Virus genome (UHGV): UHGV-0086135
Length of the DNA stretch: 64,000 nt
Direction: 5' to 3' (one strand)
Source of the DNA: a virus
In this document: piece after piece, positions 1 to 9,258 of the stretch
Layout: each line of letters begins with the position of its first letter
How positions within the stretch are numbered: position 1 is the first letter of the stretch
Notes under the pieces: generated by a model
What the model was told of the DNA's origin: nothing
Database searches by the model: none
What the model saw: the letters and a program-made list of their open reading frames with translations, nothing else
Position numbers and translations under genes: made by a program

Positions 1-488
1 GTCAACCGACCGATGAAGATAAAATTGAAATGATGAAGCAGATGATTCGTCGATTGACTGAAATCTGTAAGCATGAAGGAATTGCTATAGCTGATATGAA
101 AGTTGTAGCAGCTTTAGTTAAAAAGAATTTTCCTGATTTTCGTAAAACTATTGGTGAGCTCGATAGTTATTCATCTAAAGGTGTTTTGGATGCTGGTATT
201 TTATCACTGGTTACTAACGATCGTGGTGCTATTGATGATGTTCTTGAATCTCTCAAAAATAAAGATGTTAAACAGCTCAGAGCTTTAGCACCAAAATATG
301 CAGCTGATTATTCGTGGTTCGTAGGTAAACTTGCCGAAGAAATCTATACACGCGTAACTCCGCAAAGTATTATTCGTATGTATGAAATTGTTGGTGAAAA
401 TAACCAGTATCATGGAATTGCGGCTAATACTGAATTACATTTAGCATATCTTTTCATTCAATTAGCATGCGAAATGCAGTGGAAGTGA
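1..488 (+). CDS. 44: clamp-loader large subunit gp44, C-terminal part (5' end lies outside window)
   Basis: ORF open to window edge in frame with 30..488; followed directly by gp62, regA, gp43 as in T4. Confidence 0.7.
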   Translation, partial: QPTDEDKIEMMKQMIRRLTEICKHEGIAIADMKVVAALVKKNFPDFRKTIGELDSYSSKGVLDAGILSLVTNDRGAIDDVLESLKNKDVKQLRALAPKYAADYSWFVGKLAEEIYTRVTPQSIIRMYEIVGENNQYHGIAANTELHLAYLFIQLACEMQWK

Positions 489-489
489 T

Positions 490-1053
490 ATGAGCTTATT
501 TGAAGATGATATTCAATTAAACGAGCATCAAGTTGCTTGGTATTCAAAAGATTGGACAGCTGTCCAATCTGCTGCTGATTCTTTTAAGGAAAAAGCTGAA
601 AATGAATTTTTTGAAATAATTGGAGCTATTAATAATAAAACTAAATGCTCTATTGCTCAAAAAGATTATTCAAAATACATGGTCGAGAATGCATTATCAC
701 AATTTCCTGAATGCATGCCAGCTGTATATGCGATGAATTTAATTGGATCAGGTTTAAGCGATGAAGCCCATTTTAATTATCTGATGGCTGCCGTTCCTCG
801 GGGTAAAAGATACGGTAAATGGGCAAAACTGGTCGAAGATTCTACCGAAGTATTGATTATTAAGTTACTTGCTAAGCGGTATCAAGTTAATACAAATGAT
901 GCAATTAACTATAAATCAATTCTTACTAAAAATGGAAAACTTCCTTTAGTATTAAAAGAACTAAAAGGTTTAGTCACGGATGATTTTTTGAAAGAAGTGA
1001 CTAAGAACGTAAAAGAACAGAAACAACTCAAAAAACTAGCATTGGAATGGTAA
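490..1053 (+). CDS. 62: clamp-loader small subunit gp62
   Basis: 187 aa, same length as T4 gp62; position between gene 44 and regA; ATG 2 nt after upstream stop. Confidence 0.8.
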   Translation: MSLFEDDIQLNEHQVAWYSKDWTAVQSAADSFKEKAENEFFEIIGAINNKTKCSIAQKDYSKYMVENALSQFPECMPAVYAMNLIGSGLSDEAHFNYLMAAVPRGKRYGKWAKLVEDSTEVLIIKLLAKRYQVNTNDAINYKSILTKNGKLPLVLKELKGLVTDDFLKEVTKNVKEQKQLKKLALEW

Positions 1054-1054
1054 A

Positions 1055-1423
1055 ATGATTGAAATTACTCTTAAAAAACCTGAAGATTTTCTGAAAGTAA
1101 AAGAAACCTTGACTCGTATGGGAATTGCTAATAATAAAGATAAAGTTCTGTATCAGTCCTGCCATATTCTTCAGAAAAAAGGACTATACTATATCGTTCA
1201 TTTTAAAGAAATGCTTCGTATGGATGGTCGCCAGGTTGAAATGACAGAAGAAGATGAAGTTCGCCGTGATTCGATTGCGTGGCTGTTAGAAGATTGGGGA
1301 CTGATTGAAATCGTTCCTGGTCAAAGAACTTTTATGAAAGATTTAACCAATAACTTCCGAGTTATTTCTTTTAAACAAAAACATGAATGGAAACTCGTTC
1401 CTAAATATACGATTGGTAATTAA
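1055..1423 (+). CDS. regA: translational repressor RegA
   Basis: 122 aa as T4 RegA; synteny 62-regA-43; followed by UUCG hairpin terminator. Confidence 0.85.
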   Translation: MIEITLKKPEDFLKVKETLTRMGIANNKDKVLYQSCHILQKKGLYYIVHFKEMLRMDGRQVEMTEEDEVRRDSIAWLLEDWGLIEIVPGQRTFMKDLTNNFRVISFKQKHEWKLVPKYTIGN

Positions 1424-1427
1424 GCAA

Positions 1428-1447
1428 GGGGCTTCGGCCCCTTATTT
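1428..1447 (+). terminator. intrinsic terminator after regA
   Basis: GGGGC-UUCG-GCCCC hairpin followed by UUAUUU. Confidence 0.6.
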
Positions 1448-1465
1448 GGAGTATAATATATCAAG

Positions 1466-1483
1466 AGCCTAATAACTCGGGCT
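1466..1483 (+). promoter_or_regulatory. gene 43 translational operator hairpin (5-bp stem, loop AAUAACUC)
   Basis: AGCCU-AAUAACUC-GGGCU directly 5' of the gene 43 SD; matches the gp43 autoregulatory hairpin known from T4. Confidence 0.7.
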
Positions 1484-1501
1484 ATAAACTAAGGAATATC
1501 T

Positions 1502-4198
1502 ATGAAAGAATTTTATATCTCTATCGAAACAGTCGGAAATAATATTGTTGAGCGTTATATTGATGAAAACGGAAAGGAACGTACCCGTGAAGTAGAATAT
1601 CTTCCGACTATGTTTAGGCATTGTAAGGAAGAGTCAAAATACAAAGACATTTATGGTAAAAATTGCGCTCCTCAAAAATTTCCATCAATGAAAGATGCGC
1701 GAGACTGGATGAAGCGAATGGAAGACATCGGTCTCGAAGCTCTCGGTATGAACGATTTTAAACTCGCTTATATCAGTGATACATATGGTTCAGAAATTGT
1801 TTATGACCGAAAATTTGTTCGTGTGGCTAACTGTGACATTGAGGTTACTGGCGATAAATTTCCTGACCCAATGAAAGCAGAATATGAAATTGATGCTATC
1901 ACTCATTATGATTCAATTGACGATCGTTTTTACGTCTTTGATTTATTGAATTCAATGTACGGTTCAGTATCAAAATGGGATGCAAAGCTAGCTGCTAAGC
2001 TTGACTGTGAAGGTGGTGATGAAGTTCCTCAAGAAATTCTTGACCGAGTAATTTATATGCCATTCGATAATGAGCGTGATATGCTCATGGAATATATTAA
2101 TCTCTGGGAACAGAAACGACCTGCTATTTTTACCGGTTGGAATATTGAGGGATTTGACGTTCCGTATATCATGAATCGCGTTAAAATGGTTCTCGGTGAA
2201 CGCAGTATGAAACGCTTCTCTCCAATCGGTCGAGTAAAATCTAAACTAATTCAAAATATGTACGGTAGCAAAGAAATTTATTCTATTGATGGCGTATCTA
2301 TTCTTGATTATTTAGATTTGTACAAGAAATTCGCATTTACTAATTTGCCATCATTCTCTTTGGAATCAGTTGCTCAACATGAAACCAAAAAAGGTAAATT
2401 GCCGTACGATGGTCCTATTAATAAACTTCGTGAGACTAATCATCAACGATACATTAGTTATAACATCATTGACGTAGAATCAGTTCAAGCAATTGATAAA
2501 ATTCGTGGGTTTATCGATCTAGTTTTAAGTATGTCTTATTACGCTAAAATGCCTTTTTCTGGTGTAATGAGCCCTATTAAAACTTGGGATGCTATTATTT
2601 TTAACTCACTGAAAGGTGAACATAAGGTTATTCCTCAACAAGGTTCGCACGTTAAACAAAGTTTTCCGGGTGCATTTGTATTTGAACCTAAACCAATTGC
2701 TCGTCGATATATTATGAGTTTTGACTTGACGTCTCTGTATCCGAGCATTATTCGTCAGGTTAACATTAGTCCTGAGACTATTCGTGGGCAGTTTAAAGTT
2801 CATCCAATTCATGAATATATTGCAGGAACAGCTCCTAAACCGAGTGATGAATATTCTTGTTCTCCGAATGGATGGATGTATGATAAGCACCAAGAAGGTA
2901 TCATTCCAAAGGAAATCGCTAAAGTATTTTTCCAGCGTAAAGATTGGAAAAAGAAAATGTTCGCTGAAGAAATGAATGCCGAAGCTATTAAAAAGATTAT
3001 TATGAAAGGTGCAGGGACTTGCTCAACTAAACCAGAAGTTGAACGATATGTTAAGTTTAGCGATGATTTCTTAAACGAATTATCGAATTACACCGAATCT
3101 GTTCTTAACAGTCTGATTGAAGAATGTGAAAAAGCTGCTACACTTGCTAACACAAATCAGCTGAACCGTAAAATTCTTATTAACAGTCTTTATGGTGCTC
3201 TTGGTAATATTCATTTCCGTTACTATGATTTGCGAAATGCTACTGCTATCACAATTTTCGGTCAAGTCGGTATTCAGTGGATTGCTCGCAAAATTAATGA
3301 ATATCTAAATAAAGTGTGTGGAACTAATGGTGAAGATTTCATCGCAGCAGGTGATACTGATTCGGTATATGTTTGTGTAGATAAAGTAATTGAAAAAGTA
3401 GGTCTTGACCGCTTTAAAGAACAAAATGATTTAGTTGAATTCATGAATCAGTTTGGTAAGAAAAAGATGGAACCTATGATTGATGTTGCATATCGTGAGT
3501 TATGTGATTATATGAATAACCGCGAGCATCTGATGCATATGGACCGTGAAGCTATTTCTTGCCCTCCGCTTGGTTCAAAGGGTGTTGGTGGATTTTGGAA
3601 AGCGAAAAAACGTTATGCTCTGAACGTTTATGATATGGAAGATAAGCGATTTGCTGAACCACATCTAAAAATCATGGGTATGGAAACTCAGCAGAGTTCA
3701 ACACCAAAAGCAGTACAAGAAGCTCTCGAAGAAAGTATTCGTCGTATTCTTCAGGAAGGCGAAGAGTCTGTCCAAGAATACTACAAGAACTTTGAGAAAG
3801 AATATCGTCAACTTGACTATAAAGTTATTGCTGAAGTAAAAACTGCGAACGATATAGCGAAATATGATGATAAAGGTTGGCCAGGATTTAAATGTCCGTT
3901 CCATATTCGTGGTGTGCTAACTTATCGTCGAGCTGTTAGCGGTTTAGGTGTAGCTCCAATTTTGGATGGAAATAAGGTAATGGTTCTTCCATTACGTGAA
4001 GGAAATCCATTTGGTGACAAGTGCATTGCTTGGCCATCAGGCACAGAACTTCCAAAAGAAATTCGTTCTGATGTACTGTCTTGGATTGACTACTCAACTT
4101 TGTTCCAAAAATCGTTTGTTAAACCGCTTGCGGGCATGTGTGAATCGGCGGGTATGGACTATGAAGAAAAAGCTTCGTTAGACTTCCTGTTTGGCTGA
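1502..4198 (+). CDS. 43: DNA polymerase gp43 (family B, with 3'-5' exonuclease)
   Basis: 898 aa as T4 gp43; exo motif CDIEVTG, polymerase motifs KILINSLYGALG and AGDTDSVY; preceded by the gp43 operator hairpin. Confidence 0.95.
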   Translation: MKEFYISIETVGNNIVERYIDENGKERTREVEYLPTMFRHCKEESKYKDIYGKNCAPQKFPSMKDARDWMKRMEDIGLEALGMNDFKLAYISDTYGSEIVYDRKFVRVANCDIEVTGDKFPDPMKAEYEIDAITHYDSIDDRFYVFDLLNSMYGSVSKWDAKLAAKLDCEGGDEVPQEILDRVIYMPFDNERDMLMEYINLWEQKRPAIFTGWNIEGFDVPYIMNRVKMVLGERSMKRFSPIGRVKSKLIQNMYGSKEIYSIDGVSILDYLDLYKKFAFTNLPSFSLESVAQHETKKGKLPYDGPINKLRETNHQRYISYNIIDVESVQAIDKIRGFIDLVLSMSYYAKMPFSGVMSPIKTWDAIIFNSLKGEHKVIPQQGSHVKQSFPGAFVFEPKPIARRYIMSFDLTSLYPSIIRQVNISPETIRGQFKVHPIHEYIAGTAPKPSDEYSCSPNGWMYDKHQEGIIPKEIAKVFFQRKDWKKKMFAEEMNAEAIKKIIMKGAGTCSTKPEVERYVKFSDDFLNELSNYTESVLNSLIEECEKAATLANTNQLNRKILINSLYGALGNIHFRYYDLRNATAITIFGQVGIQWIARKINEYLNKVCGTNGEDFIAAGDTDSVYVCVDKVIEKVGLDRFKEQNDLVEFMNQFGKKKMEPMIDVAYRELCDYMNNREHLMHMDREAISCPPLGSKGVGGFWKAKKRYALNVYDMEDKRFAEPHLKIMGMETQQSSTPKAVQEALEESIRRILQEGEESVQEYYKNFEKEYRQLDYKVIAEVKTANDIAKYDDKGWPGFKCPFHIRGVLTYRRAVSGLGVAPILDGNKVMVLPLREGNPFGDKCIAWPSGTELPKEIRSDVLSWIDYSTLFQKSFVKPLAGMCESAGMDYEEKASLDFLFG

Positions 4199-4211
4199 TA
4201 GAATAAATCTA

Positions 4212-4232
4212 GGGACCTCCGGGTCCCTTTTT
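4212..4232 (+). terminator. intrinsic terminator after gene 43
   Basis: GGGACC-UCCG-GGUCCC hairpin plus U5. Confidence 0.7.
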
Positions 4233-4317
4233 CATACAAGTAATATAAATTCTATACTTAAGAAAAATAGATGATTCTAGGTCCTGTAAATTCATTAAAA
4301 ATTTTTTCACAAAACTA

Positions 4318-4346
4318 TTTACATCCCTGTTCTTCCGTGGTACTAT
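4318..4346 (+). promoter_or_regulatory. early sigma-70 promoter in stem-loop/promoter cassette (copy A)
   Basis: -35 TTTACA, 17 nt, extended -10 TGGTACTAT; follows gene 43 terminator. Confidence 0.6.
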
Positions 4347-4380
4347 ACAACTATCAACTGATACGGATTTGGAGAATAAA

Positions 4381-4638
4381 ATGAAAATTGTTTATGGTTG
4401 TTTAGCAGCGTGTTTAGTTGCATTAGCAGTTGTTCTAGTTGCATTAGCAGCTGTTCCATTTATTGATATTGAAAATGACACTCAGAATGTGATTGAATCT
4501 AATACTGTTATTCACATGAATGGTAAAGTATCAACAAAAATTGATGATAATCTTCATATGAATACTAATGGAACGCTTGGTGTTCAATTAGGTAATACCT
4601 GTGTAAGCACTACTGGAGTAATTACTACTTGTATTTGA
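4381..4638 (+). CDS. small secreted or membrane protein (N-terminal hydrophobic signal-like segment)
   Basis: ATG at 4381 with GGAG 6 nt upstream in the conserved cassette leader; ORF-track start 4369 is a TTG inside that leader. Confidence 0.5.
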   Translation: MKIVYGCLAACLVALAVVLVALAAVPFIDIENDTQNVIESNTVIHMNGKVSTKIDDNLHMNTNGTLGVQLGNTCVSTTGVITTCI

Positions 4639-4648
4639 GGAAATTATT

Positions 4649-5029
4649 ATGAAAATTGCTATTTTGGTTATTGCATTAGGTCTTACTGGCTGTGTAGCTC
4701 AAGGACCAGTAGTAAATCAGTCTGATGCAGGAAAAATTGTAAATTGTTCAAGCAAATTTTATAATCCTAATGTTAAGTGTTATAAAGAAGCTCCAAAACA
4801 GACAGTAGAACAAATGCAGGCGAATTTTGACGAAGCTATTCGTCCAGATGAATCTGCTCAAGCATATCGTAATTCAGATGTAATTACACGCGAAGAAAAA
4901 ATTGAAAACTACTGTGCTGAACTTTGGGCTAATTGGGCTAATAATTACCAATGGCGTACCGGTAAAAATGCTCCGATGGAGTATGTAGTGAATTCTTATA
5001 ATTCATGTGTAAAAAATTTGACTAAGTGA
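4649..5029 (+). CDS. putative lipoprotein
   Basis: N-terminus MKIAILVIALGLTGC has a signal peptide plus lipobox-like LTGC; 126 aa. Confidence 0.55.
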   Translation: MKIAILVIALGLTGCVAQGPVVNQSDAGKIVNCSSKFYNPNVKCYKEAPKQTVEQMQANFDEAIRPDESAQAYRNSDVITREEKIENYCAELWANWANNYQWRTGKNAPMEYVVNSYNSCVKNLTK

Positions 5030-5036
5030 GGAAAAC

Positions 5037-5288
5037 ATGGAAACTTTAGTAGCAGGTTCAATTTTTATGGTTTTAGTTTCAGGCGTGTTGGCTATTATTA
5101 TATACATGCTTCCGTGGTTCATCGCCTTGATGCGTGGGTCAAAATCGACAGTAGGAATCTTTTTCACATCTTTACTGTTTAATTGGTCAATTATTGGTTG
5201 GTTTATTACATTTATTTGGTCAATTGCGGGTGAAACTAAAAAATCTGCACAGCAAAACCAAGTAATTATCATCAGAGAGAAGGAATGA
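5037..5288 (+). CDS. imm: superinfection immunity protein Imm
   Basis: 83 aa, two hydrophobic helices; position between gene 43 and gene 42 as in T4. Confidence 0.65.
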   Translation: METLVAGSIFMVLVSGVLAIIIYMLPWFIALMRGSKSTVGIFFTSLLFNWSIIGWFITFIWSIAGETKKSAQQNQVIIIREKE

Positions 5289-5434
5289 AAAGCAAAATTT
5301 TAGCAGTATTGCTTTTAATTTTGATGATTATAATAAGTATATACTATAGCGTAACGGTTCCTTGTATGATTCCGACACTTATTATAGGTTGGGGTTTATT
5401 ACTGTTACAAGTTAAATATGAATGCATCAATTGA
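5285..5434 (+). CDS. small hydrophobic membrane peptide (49 aa)
   Basis: ATG overlaps imm stop (ATGA); strongly hydrophobic; below ORF-track size cutoff. Confidence 0.4.
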   Translation: MKSKILAVLLLILMIIISIYYSVTVPCMIPTLIIGWGLLLLQVKYECIN

Positions 5435-5441
5435 GGTTTAA

Positions 5442-6182
5442 ATGATTAACGATTATATGACAGTTGAAGAAATCCGTCTTGATTTGGGGCTTGCATTAAA
5501 GGAAAAAGATTTCGTAGTTGATAAAACTGGTGTTAAAACTATTGAAATTATTGGTGCATCATTTGTAGCAGATGAACCGTTTATTTTTGGCGCTCTTAAT
5601 GATGAATACATTCAACGTGAACTTGAATGGTATAAATCTAAAAGTTTGTTTGTTAAAGATATTCCGGGTGAAACACCGAAGATTTGGCAGCAGGTAGCAT
5701 CTTCTAAAGGCGAAATTAACTCGAATTATGGTTGGGCCATCTGGTCAGAAGATAACTATGCCCAGTATGATATGTGTTTAGCTGAACTTGGTCAAAATCC
5801 TGATTCTCGACGTGGTATCATGATTTATACTCGTCCATCTATGCAGTTTGACTACAATAAAGATGGTATGTCAGATTTCATGTGTACGAATACCGTACAG
5901 TATCTGATTCGTGACAAGAAAGTCAATGCAGTTGTTAATATGAGAAGCAATGACTGCTGGGCAGGCTATCGTAATGATTATGCATGGCAAAAATACGTAC
6001 TAGATAAATTAGTATCTGATTTGAATGCAGGCGACCCATCGCGGCAATATAAAGCAGGTTCTATTATATGGAACGTTGGAAGTCTTCATGTGTACGAAAA
6101 TCAGTTTTATTTAGTTGACCATTGGTGGAACACTGGTGAAACTCATATTGCTAAAAAGGATTATACTGGAAAATGGAAGTAA
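5442..6182 (+). CDS. 42: dCMP hydroxymethylase gp42
   Basis: 246 aa as T4 gp42; thymidylate-synthase-like fold expected; synteny. Confidence 0.9.
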   Translation: MINDYMTVEEIRLDLGLALKEKDFVVDKTGVKTIEIIGASFVADEPFIFGALNDEYIQRELEWYKSKSLFVKDIPGETPKIWQQVASSKGEINSNYGWAIWSEDNYAQYDMCLAELGQNPDSRRGIMIYTRPSMQFDYNKDGMSDFMCTNTVQYLIRDKKVNAVVNMRSNDCWAGYRNDYAWQKYVLDKLVSDLNAGDPSRQYKAGSIIWNVGSLHVYENQFYLVDHWWNTGETHIAKKDYTGKWK

Positions 6183-6814
6183 ATGTGCCACATGTTTATA
6201 AGTATAAACATCCTAAAACTAAAAAGTGGTATATAGGAAGTCATGATGGTCACAACCCAAATTATGATGGTTCGGGTGTAGTTTGGCAACATGCTAAAAA
6301 GAAATATGGAATAAAATCCTTTAATAAAGAAATATTATATGAAGGACCAATGTTTAGACAGGTTGAAGAAATTATTTTAACTTGTTTAGATGCTGCTAAT
6401 TGTCCGGATTCATATAATTTAAAGAATGAAGCATGGGGAGGAAGTTTTCCAGGCAAATTAAATGGAATGTACGGTAAAAAACTATCTCCAGAAGAAAGAT
6501 ATAAGTGCGGAAATGCCTTTCGTGGAATCAAGCGTCCTGATCATTCTAAAAGAATGAAAGGCGAAGGTAATCCAATGTATGGTAAAAATGAGCAGGCATA
6601 TGGAATTATAAATCGAGCAAAGGAAAATTCTGGTAAAACTTATGAAGAAATTTTTGGCGCAGAAAAAGCTAAAATAATTAAAGAAACGATGTCTAAAAAT
6701 CGTAAAGGAAAACCTCATAATTTGATAGAAAAAATATGTCCGCATTGCGGACTAAAAGGACGTGGGCCAAATATGACAAGATACCATTTTGACAAATGTA
6801 AGGCACTTAAATGA
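6173..6814 (+). CDS. freestanding GIY-YIG homing endonuclease (Seg/I-TevI-like)
   Basis: N-terminal VYKYKHPKTKKWYIGS (GIY..YIG-like) then R/E/N catalytic residues, NUMOD-like GKKLSPEERYK and GKNEQAYG repeats, C-terminal Cys4 zinc finger CPHCG..HFDKC; overlaps gene 42 stop. Confidence 0.7.
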   Translation: MEVNVPHVYKYKHPKTKKWYIGSHDGHNPNYDGSGVVWQHAKKKYGIKSFNKEILYEGPMFRQVEEIILTCLDAANCPDSYNLKNEAWGGSFPGKLNGMYGKKLSPEERYKCGNAFRGIKRPDHSKRMKGEGNPMYGKNEQAYGIINRAKENSGKTYEEIFGAEKAKIIKETMSKNRKGKPHNLIEKICPHCGLKGRGPNMTRYHFDKCKALK

Positions 6815-7653
6815 TTCAATTCGTAATTCCAAGTTATCAGCGTGTCGGGGCAGTTTCTGCCCTTGATATGTTTCCGACTGATTATGAACCCCATATTGTA
6901 GTGCGTGAACATGAAGAAAAAGCTTATTATGATGCCTATGGGTCTAGAGCTAAAATTATAACTATTCCTGATGATGTAAACGGAATTGCCGGTACTCGTA
7001 AAGCAATTACTGATATGTATGCAGGTCAACGAATCTGGATGATTGACGACGATACTACTATTCGTATGAGTTCAATGCGAAAAAGAGATGACCGTCGTTG
7101 TGTAGATAAAGTCAATCAATTAACCCGTGAACAGTTCTATGAATTGATTCAATACGTTGAAGATGCCATGGATTGTGGGTATTATCATGGTCATGCTCGC
7201 CTACCAATTTTTAAAATTACTTCATCTTGGGGTAATTATCGTGAAAATTCATATGGATTCACGAATACATGGTATGACCTCGGAAAACTTACGACAGAAC
7301 AAATTGGGTATGGAAAAATTGATTTATGCGAAGATATGTATGCATTTCTCAATTTAATTAATCAAGGTTATCCGCATTTGGCCCTGTTCAAATATCTGGT
7401 TGTATCTGGAAAAGCACAAGCTCCTGGCGGATGTAGTTCAATTCGTAGTAATTCAAAACATAATAGAGCTCTTGAGCAAATCAACAGAGAGTTTCCAGAG
7501 CAAGCTCGTTGGAAAACATCGAATATCGAAAAGAGAAAATCGTTGGGTGAAGAAGACGAGCCATTAAAAGTTCTTCGCATGTGTGTTTCGCGCAAAGAAA
7601 AATCAGAAGCGTTTCATAAGTTTAATGCTATTCATCCAATAGCAGTTGATTAA
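6811..7653 (+). CDS. HMC-DNA glycosyltransferase, GT-A type with DxD motif (beta-alpha-gt-like rather than T4 beta-gt)
   Basis: 280 aa with IDDDTT motif; sits where T4 carries beta-gt; not the 351-aa GT-B beta-gt. Confidence 0.5.
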   Translation: MIQFVIPSYQRVGAVSALDMFPTDYEPHIVVREHEEKAYYDAYGSRAKIITIPDDVNGIAGTRKAITDMYAGQRIWMIDDDTTIRMSSMRKRDDRRCVDKVNQLTREQFYELIQYVEDAMDCGYYHGHARLPIFKITSSWGNYRENSYGFTNTWYDLGKLTTEQIGYGKIDLCEDMYAFLNLINQGYPHLALFKYLVVSGKAQAPGGCSSIRSNSKHNRALEQINREFPEQARWKTSNIEKRKSLGEEDEPLKVLRMCVSRKEKSEAFHKFNAIHPIAVD

Positions 7654-7677
7654 TGCCTAAATTTATTGTGTTATAAT
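7654..7677 (+). promoter_or_regulatory. putative MotA-dependent middle promoter for uvsX
   Basis: MotA-box-like TGCCTAA, 11 nt spacer, TATAAT. Confidence 0.4.
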
Positions 7678-7730
7678 TACTTTATCTTTAACCAGTGAGG
7701 AAAATATAATGATGCCTATGGAAAAAATGA

Positions 7731-8912
7731 ATGTCTATTGCAGATTTAAAATCCCGTTTGATTAAAGCTTCCACTTCTAAAATGACTGCTGAACTGACTA
7801 CATCTAAATTCTTTAATGAAAAGGATGTAATCCGTACAAAAATCCCAATGCTTAATATCGCTATTTCTGGTGCGATTGATGGTGGTATGCAGTCTGGTTT
7901 AACCATTTTTGCAGGTCCTTCTAAACACTTTAAATCAAATATGTCTTTGACTATGGTTGCGGCGTATTTGAACAAATATCCTGACGCGGTATGTCTGTTT
8001 TATGATAGCGAATTTGGTATTACTCCAGCTTATTTGCGATCCATGGGAGTTGACCCGGAACGAGTAATTCATACACCAATTCAGTCAGTTGAACAGCTGA
8101 AAATTGATATGGTGAATCAGCTTGAAGCTATTGAGCGTGGTGAAAAAGTTATTGTATTCATCGACTCAATCGGTAATATGGCTTCTAAGAAAGAAACGGA
8201 AGATGCCTTAAATGAAAAATCTGTGGCAGATATGACTCGTGCTAAATCACTGAAGTCATTATTCCGTATTGTTACTCCTTATTTTAGTATTAAAAACATT
8301 CCATGTGTTGCGGTTAACCATACAATTGAAACAATTGAAATGTTTAGTAAAACCGTGATGACAGGTGGTACAGGCGTAATGTATTCGGCTGATACTGTAT
8401 TCATTATCGGTAAGCGCCAGATTAAAGATGGTTCTGATCTTCAGGGGTATCAATTTGTTCTAAATGTAGAAAAATCTCGTACCGTTAAAGAAAAAAGTAA
8501 ATTCTTTATTGATGTTAAATTTGACGGTGGTATCGATCCTTATTCTGGATTGTTAGATATGGCTCTTGAATTAGGATTTGTGGTAAAACCTAAAAATGGC
8601 TGGTATGCTCGTGAATTTCTTGACGAAGAAACCGGCGAGATGATTCGCGAAGAAAAATCTTGGCGTGCAAAAGATACCAATTGCACTACATTCTGGGGTC
8701 CTTTATTTAAGCATCAACCATTCCGAGATGCTATTAAACGTGCTTATCAGTTAGGTGCTATTGATAGTAATGAAATTGTTGAAGCTGAAGTTGATGAATT
8801 GATTAACTCAAAGGTTGAAAAATTTAAATCTCCAGAAAGTAAAAGTAAATCAGCAGCTGATTTAGAAACTGACCTAGATCAGTTAAGTGATATGGAAGAA
8901 TTTAATGAATAA
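7731..8912 (+). CDS. uvsX: recombinase UvsX (RecA-like)
   Basis: 393 aa; Walker A GPSKHFKS; near-identity to recalled T4 UvsX. Confidence 0.95.
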   Translation: MSIADLKSRLIKASTSKMTAELTTSKFFNEKDVIRTKIPMLNIAISGAIDGGMQSGLTIFAGPSKHFKSNMSLTMVAAYLNKYPDAVCLFYDSEFGITPAYLRSMGVDPERVIHTPIQSVEQLKIDMVNQLEAIERGEKVIVFIDSIGNMASKKETEDALNEKSVADMTRAKSLKSLFRIVTPYFSIKNIPCVAVNHTIETIEMFSKTVMTGGTGVMYSADTVFIIGKRQIKDGSDLQGYQFVLNVEKSRTVKEKSKFFIDVKFDGGIDPYSGLLDMALELGFVVKPKNGWYAREFLDEETGEMIREEKSWRAKDTNCTTFWGPLFKHQPFRDAIKRAYQLGAIDSNEIVEAEVDELINSKVEKFKSPESKSKSAADLETDLDQLSDMEEFNE

Positions 8913-9249
8913 AGATGATTTAGATTTAGATCTAGAAATTATCGATGAATCCCCCTCTTCGGAGGGGGAAGAAGAAAGAAAAGAACGTCTTTTTAATGAA
9001 TCTCTTAAGATAATTAAATCTGCCATGGAAAATGTTATCCAGGAGATTGTCATTAAACTAGAAGACGGTTCTACACACATTGTGTATGTGACAAAATTAG
9101 ATTGGGTTGATGGAAAAGTCGTAATGGACTTTGCTGTTCTTGACCAAGAAAGAAAAGCTGAGTTAGCTCCTCATGTAGAAAAATGTATTACAATGCAACT
9201 ACAAGATGCATTTAATAAAAGGTCAAAGAAAAAATTTAAATTCTTTTAA
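8905..9249 (+). CDS. 40: gp40 head vertex assembly protein
   Basis: Position between uvsX and gene 41; ATG 8905 with GGAAG SD; ORF-track start 8887 is GTG, so the true start is uncertain. Confidence 0.55.
   Translation: MNKDDLDLDLEIIDESPSSEGEEERKERLFNESLKIIKSAMENVIQEIVIKLEDGSTHIVYVTKLDWVDGKVVMDFAVLDQERKAELAPHVEKCITMQLQDAFNKRSKKKFKFF
8951..8968 (+). other. GC-rich UUCG-tetraloop hairpin inside gene 40 coding sequence
   Basis: CCCCCUC-UUCG-GAGGGGG, 7-bp perfect stem, encoding SPSSEGE. Confidence 0.6.
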
Positions 9250-9258
9250 GGAGTAAGT

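Noticed and set aside
1452-1457. TATAAT hexamer upstream of gene 43 as a standalone promoter
   Set aside because: No acceptable -35 or MotA box at the right spacing (that region is occupied by the regA terminator hairpin); left uncalled.
2606-4181. ORF-track ORFs inside gene 43 (2606..2893 minus, 2784..2975 plus, 3080..3265 minus, 3698..3904 minus, 3996..4181 plus)
   Set aside because: All lie wholly within the well-supported gp43 frame, lack SD sequences and have low-complexity composition; shadow ORFs.
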